Part shown: in pieces, positions 59,641 to 64,000 of the stretch
Layout: every line of letters begins with the position of its first letter
Position numbering within the stretch: position 1 is the first letter of the stretch
Notes under the pieces: model-generated
What the model was told of the DNA's origin: nothing
Databases searched by the model: none
What the model saw: the letters and a program-made list of their open reading frames with translations, nothing else
NCBI GenBank assembly: GCA_964199315.1
Contig: OZ116706.1
Location: 6,262,001-6,326,000, forward strand
Direction of reading: 5' to 3'
Origin: Orbicella franksi
Lineage: Eukaryota
DNA: 64,000 nt
Made by a program: the position numbers and the translations under genes

Positions 59641-60456
59641 TTCTAGAGATAGAGAATTCTCTATCTTAGAACTGAAACAAGCTCTAGATCACTTCTTTTC
59701 ACTTCCCCATCGTGTGCAACCCTAAACGACAACTGAAAAGCAAAATCTACGATTTTGTTACACACCTAAACCGGCAACGATCAACAAATCGAGAAGAGCA
59801 CATAGCTCACGCGTGAGTGCTGCAGCATTCATGGCAAGCAGGAATATCAACTTTTGGTTTCATTTTGCATTAAAGAGCAAGAGCGCTAGAGCAAGCGGAT
59901 TATAAACTTACTCCCGTACCCGTTGTTTCTTGGTGGGGAGCGGTACGGGGTGGGGGAGAGGGGTGTCGACAATGGAGACAATTGTTGCAGTTGGCAGTAT
60001 TTTGCGAGCATAATGGAGATATAGACATTTTTAGAAAAAAACTCTTATTTTTCGGTCATTTCAAGCTTTCAACTTCAGTAATTATAACAGAAACTCTTGA
60101 TCAGAAATAATAAATACGTTCAAATCTGGAAAATCTTTACTAACTTTCTCCTCCTTTCAAATCTTTAAATAGTCGCATGTATATAAATGAATGAATAATT
60201 TTTAGATAGATAAAAGAGCAATTTTCTAGAGAATATCCCTAACTATACAGTGAATTTACATGTGACCGATCCATCGATTCCCGCTTCAGCGCCCACGGTA
60301 TGTACCACACCTCAGCTACGCATGCACAACGCCGCTGTTTACATCTCTCCAAATCTCAGTTAGAGTCCTTCATAACGCTGAAGATGTGATCCAATATTAG
60401 ACTGTCAAAAAGCCTTGTTTCCTTTCGTGCTGGTTCCTGTAAGGAGTAAAAGTATC

Positions 60457-63030
60457 ATGTCGAGAGAAAACCTACACGTAAGTTATTGTTTTGCTATTTA
60501 AGGGAAATCTGCGTACAAAGAGATGGTAGTGACTATTCTGTACATTTGCTTCGAACAGATCAGTTACAAACTGCTTCCAAAGTCTGTTGAGCGCTTCCTA
60601 TAAACTTTTTTGTTGGCGGCAGAACAGTTTCTACTTAAGCTTAAATAAGCCAGTTTTAATATCATGTTTAAACGATCGTTACGAAATTGTTTTGAACGGT
60701 TTCAAGATTTACATGGAAGCGAAACGTAAGCGTGATTTGTGAATTACTCACGGAATTGTATAGAACTAAGTTTAACTTAGGTTAAGATTAGGCCTTCATT
60801 TACTTAGGAAAATTGATTGATCACGAACAACACACGATGATGAGGTTGTAGTTACGTAGCTCTTCAGTTGTTAAACATTTGATTTTAAGCTTAACTTTTG
60901 AAATGCTAGATGTTGTCAACTCGAATCAAAAGCTTCTAATTGTTAACTGAAGACATTTTCACATTCTACACATGCTTGCAACTGCAGGTTTCTGGTAATA
61001 TCATCTTTCAAATACTTGTAACATATCATTTAAGGTAATAATGGCTCTGCAGGGTTTCTGGGTAGAGATTTTCATATTTTTCGAGGTTTTCCTTCAGCAA
61101 CTTTTGCACAGGACGCTGTCAGATTATGAACAGGCGTAAGATTACTGGTGAGCAAGGGTCTTTTTCAAGAGGAAAGTTATGCTTGAAAGTGTCGCTGAAT
61201 TAATTAATGCGTGTAGATGAATATAATATTGAGCAGATTGTAGCTGACCCAACATCACTCACTTATTAATTAACTTGTACAACATATGTTTACTTAATGT
61301 TGCTGGCAGGGTTAAACAGGGTAATATTTATGGAAAATTATGTTTCTTTGGCATTCCATGGATCATAAGATGAGAGACGACAAAGCCATTTTTATTTAAT
61401 GCTGAAGCAACAATTTTTTTTTTTTGGTTTTAAGTAATCTAACAGAACTTTTGTAGAGATATTGAGATGTAAAACCCCAAAGTTTTCATGCTTTCCTGAT
61501 ATTGAATTTTCACGGTTGGCTCAGAGTGTAAAGTATTAATCGCAGTATTGAGTCCTGTTGCAAGTATATCTAGTGAGATATTTCTCTTTTTGGAAAGGTC
61601 AGTGACACAGACTACTCAGAAGAAGAATTCCAAATTCCCTTAACAAAAGTCACACCTCAGTTAAACAATGTATATTTGTCTGCTGACAGAACAAAAAATT
61701 ATTTTTACATGTAGCTTAATGTGTCACTGACTATAAAAGTATATCTTTCTTGCTGTGTAACTTGCCCCAAGCTAACAAACATGACTTTTCTTCCTTTTCA
61801 TATATATATATTTTTTTATCGAAGGCTGTCTAGTTACCAAAGAGGAATATGTATTTTTTTGTTTGAGTACATGTAATCTCTGACAACATTACACACAGGG
61901 GCTGAGCTGAGCATGGAAATAGATGCTTTTTTTCACTCAGAGTTCTAGAATAATATTCAATTTATAGATCTTGGCAAACAATTTGTTTAGTATTTATAAC
62001 TTAGAAGTCCTGAATTTAAAAAGTGCCTTTTAAAATCTTGTATTTAGAAGACTCTTGCATCTGTACTGATTGAATTATGTCTAAGTCTTGCTTGAAAGAT
62101 TCTAATAAGACATGCTCTTTCTAACTTTAGAGGAGAGAGAATTCCAAGTCTCGCACATCAATGCGAGAGAAGCTCGTGGAAAAACAGAAAGCAGTGGATG
62201 AACATGAGAGCAACTTTACAGCTGGTCGTGTCAATGTGCGGGAGCGATACCTCCACAGGACTGGAATACGGGGAAGGAAAAGTTGGATATTCTTTGCTGT
62301 TTTATACATTCTGACTCTTATTGTCATTGTGAATCTTGTGGTAAGTATATTTAGACATGTGAACCATCTAATCACAAAAAGTAGCACAGTTATGAGAGTT
62401 TGTTGTAACTGGTTTTACTCAAATGTGCTAAGGCTGTAGAAAAATACAGGATAAATTTGAAACAGTGATTTCAAATTAGTGTCTCAAAGGTGTTTAGATC
62501 TCTGAAGTTCTGGCCTGAAAAGTTCTGACCTTCTGGGCTGACATCCAAGACCATTCCAATTTATGTTTTCATAAAATTATTAAGCTCTTGTTTTCAACCA
62601 TTGCAGATATATCTGGGATGTAAATGTTGCAAAAATAGTTAACAGACATTTTCTGTTTCCCTATGTACCTCCAGTTAGGTAACATTTACATCATTTGTCA
62701 TGTTTTCATAAGACAGGAATGGTCAGGAAAGTTAGGGAGCATTGAAACTCTCAACTGTCTGGGATTTTTTCTACCTTAAAAAAAAATTTTAATTTTTTTG
62801 ACATTGTACAACTTAGTATAAGTATTTTTTTATCATTCTTTTCACAGATGCTTGCCATCTTGTATAATGTCCTGCAAATAAACAAGGGTGGAATGAAGTG
62901 CTTATCATTTTTCAAGACGGGAAATCTTCGTTTTACTTGTTCAAGTGATATGAACTCTGTAACTTTGTACAAGAATCAAGCTGGAACTTTCAAAGACCAC
63001 AATCTGGTCTTAGATACCGAGGACAAGCAG
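60457..63030 (+). CDS. SGCB: Beta-sarcoglycan, first three exons (continues beyond the window)
   Basis: Phase-0 exons 60457-60477 (MSRENLH|gtaagt), 62131-62340 (RRENSKSRTSMREKLVE...HESNFTAG...LHRTGIRGRK + TM helix), 62848-63030 (MLAILYNVLQI...GMKCLSFFKTGNLRFTCSSDM...). Matches the SGCB motifs SMREK, HxSNFxAG, LHxTGxRGRK. Confidence 0.9.
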
Positions 63031-63120
63031 GTAAGCTGTGTTTAAGAAAAATTCTTTGAAGAGACATGATAGCCTAATAGACCAATTTTGATATATTAAA
63101 ACTCAGCCTAAAGCAATAGA

Positions 63121-63190
63121 CCTCAGCATGAGGCTCTGGGGAATAAACCCCAGGAACTCAGTCGTTATTTCCCAGAGCCTCATACTGAGG
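63121..63190. repeat. Short hairpin / collapsed MITE in an SGCB intron
   Basis: cctcagcatgaggctctggggaataa / ttatttcccagagcctcatactgagg inverted repeat. Confidence 0.7.
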
Positions 63191-64000
63191 TCCATTGTTT
63201 TTGGCTGAACTTTGATATATTGAAATTGATCTATTACATGTATTAACTAGTGAGCTGTCCATCAGACTTTTAGCCTTGAATTGGAAAAAAAAAAAAAAAT
63301 GGGGACTAAAATTTTTCTTTGGGATGTGCCCAACATATATTGGAGGCAACATGGCCAAGTGTTTACCATTAGGGTGCCAGACTTGAAACCTGCAGATGGC
63401 AGATTTAGCCCAATTCTGACCACTAGCTGATGGTGTTCTCATTAGTCCCAAGTTCAACTCCTCTGCCACACTTGTAAATAGTCTACAACAACAAGAAGAA
63501 TACTTGACTGGTCTGCCTCCTGCCAGTTTGGTTTATTAACACCATGCTATAAAATTCATGTTCATTTGCCCAGAACAGCCACCATTGGGCGACTGGTTAA
63601 TTAAGATATATACGTTTTTAATATTATATTTGCATTTAGAACAGTTCTTGAAATAATCTTAACCTTGCAAGTAGATGGTTGACCCTGGAGTAGCTACTGT
63701 AGACTGAAACCGTTAAGTACAGCTGACTACATGTACGACACTGTATATTTAATTCTTGTTTGGAATGTTGAGAAAACAATCCAGAGACCATCCTGAAACC
63801 CAATCCAAATCAAACTTATGACATCCTTGGTCAATTACAGCTAATTAAAAGCAAAGATTGTGATGAAACTATTAAATTAAAATGTAATATTTCCTTATGC
63901 AGGAAAATAAGCAGCAGGCAACTTTGGTTTCAGCTGCTGATTTGTAGAAAACAGCACATTTGTTTTGCACAATCCTTGCAGGTCATTTAGCAGGTCCAAA

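Noticed and set aside
63902-63946. Fourth SGCB exon after ttatgcag
   Set aside because: In-frame stop after 14 codons and no sarcoglycan similarity; the next true exon probably starts at or beyond the window edge.

Overview
AT-rich, intron-containing animal DNA. The SINE/MITE landscape and gene set suggest an anthozoan such as a stony coral (inference). Left to right: a spliced TEX26-like gene (minus strand, runs off the left edge) with a tRNA-Ser(UGA) gene in an intron; a 5'-truncated CR1/L2-type LINE; two paralogous intronless ~1235-aa proteins (signal peptide, beta-helix-type repeats, Cys-rich stalk, multi-pass membrane domain; 7510-11217 and 32366-36067); a two-exon M14B carboxypeptidase with a Gly/Met-rich tail; a 22-exon CDKL5 orthologue; a Tx1/L1 remnant; and the first three exons of beta-sarcoglycan. 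The unusual part is the 21 kb between the two receptor-like paralogues. It contains (1) a ~9-kb nested tandem array whose units retain splice donors and octamer motifs and resemble the 5' flank of the next gene; (2) a 257-aa orphan ORF with a polymorphic-toxin-like N-terminal hairpin motif and Ala/Lys-rich amphipathic repeats; (3) a 2.7-kb tandem duplication in which the coding remnant of that ORF has diverged about 3-4x more than its flank; and (4) an apparently intact minimal hammerhead ribozyme in a Penelope-like fragment at the duplication junction. All exon models, alignments and counts were made by eye and need computational confirmation.
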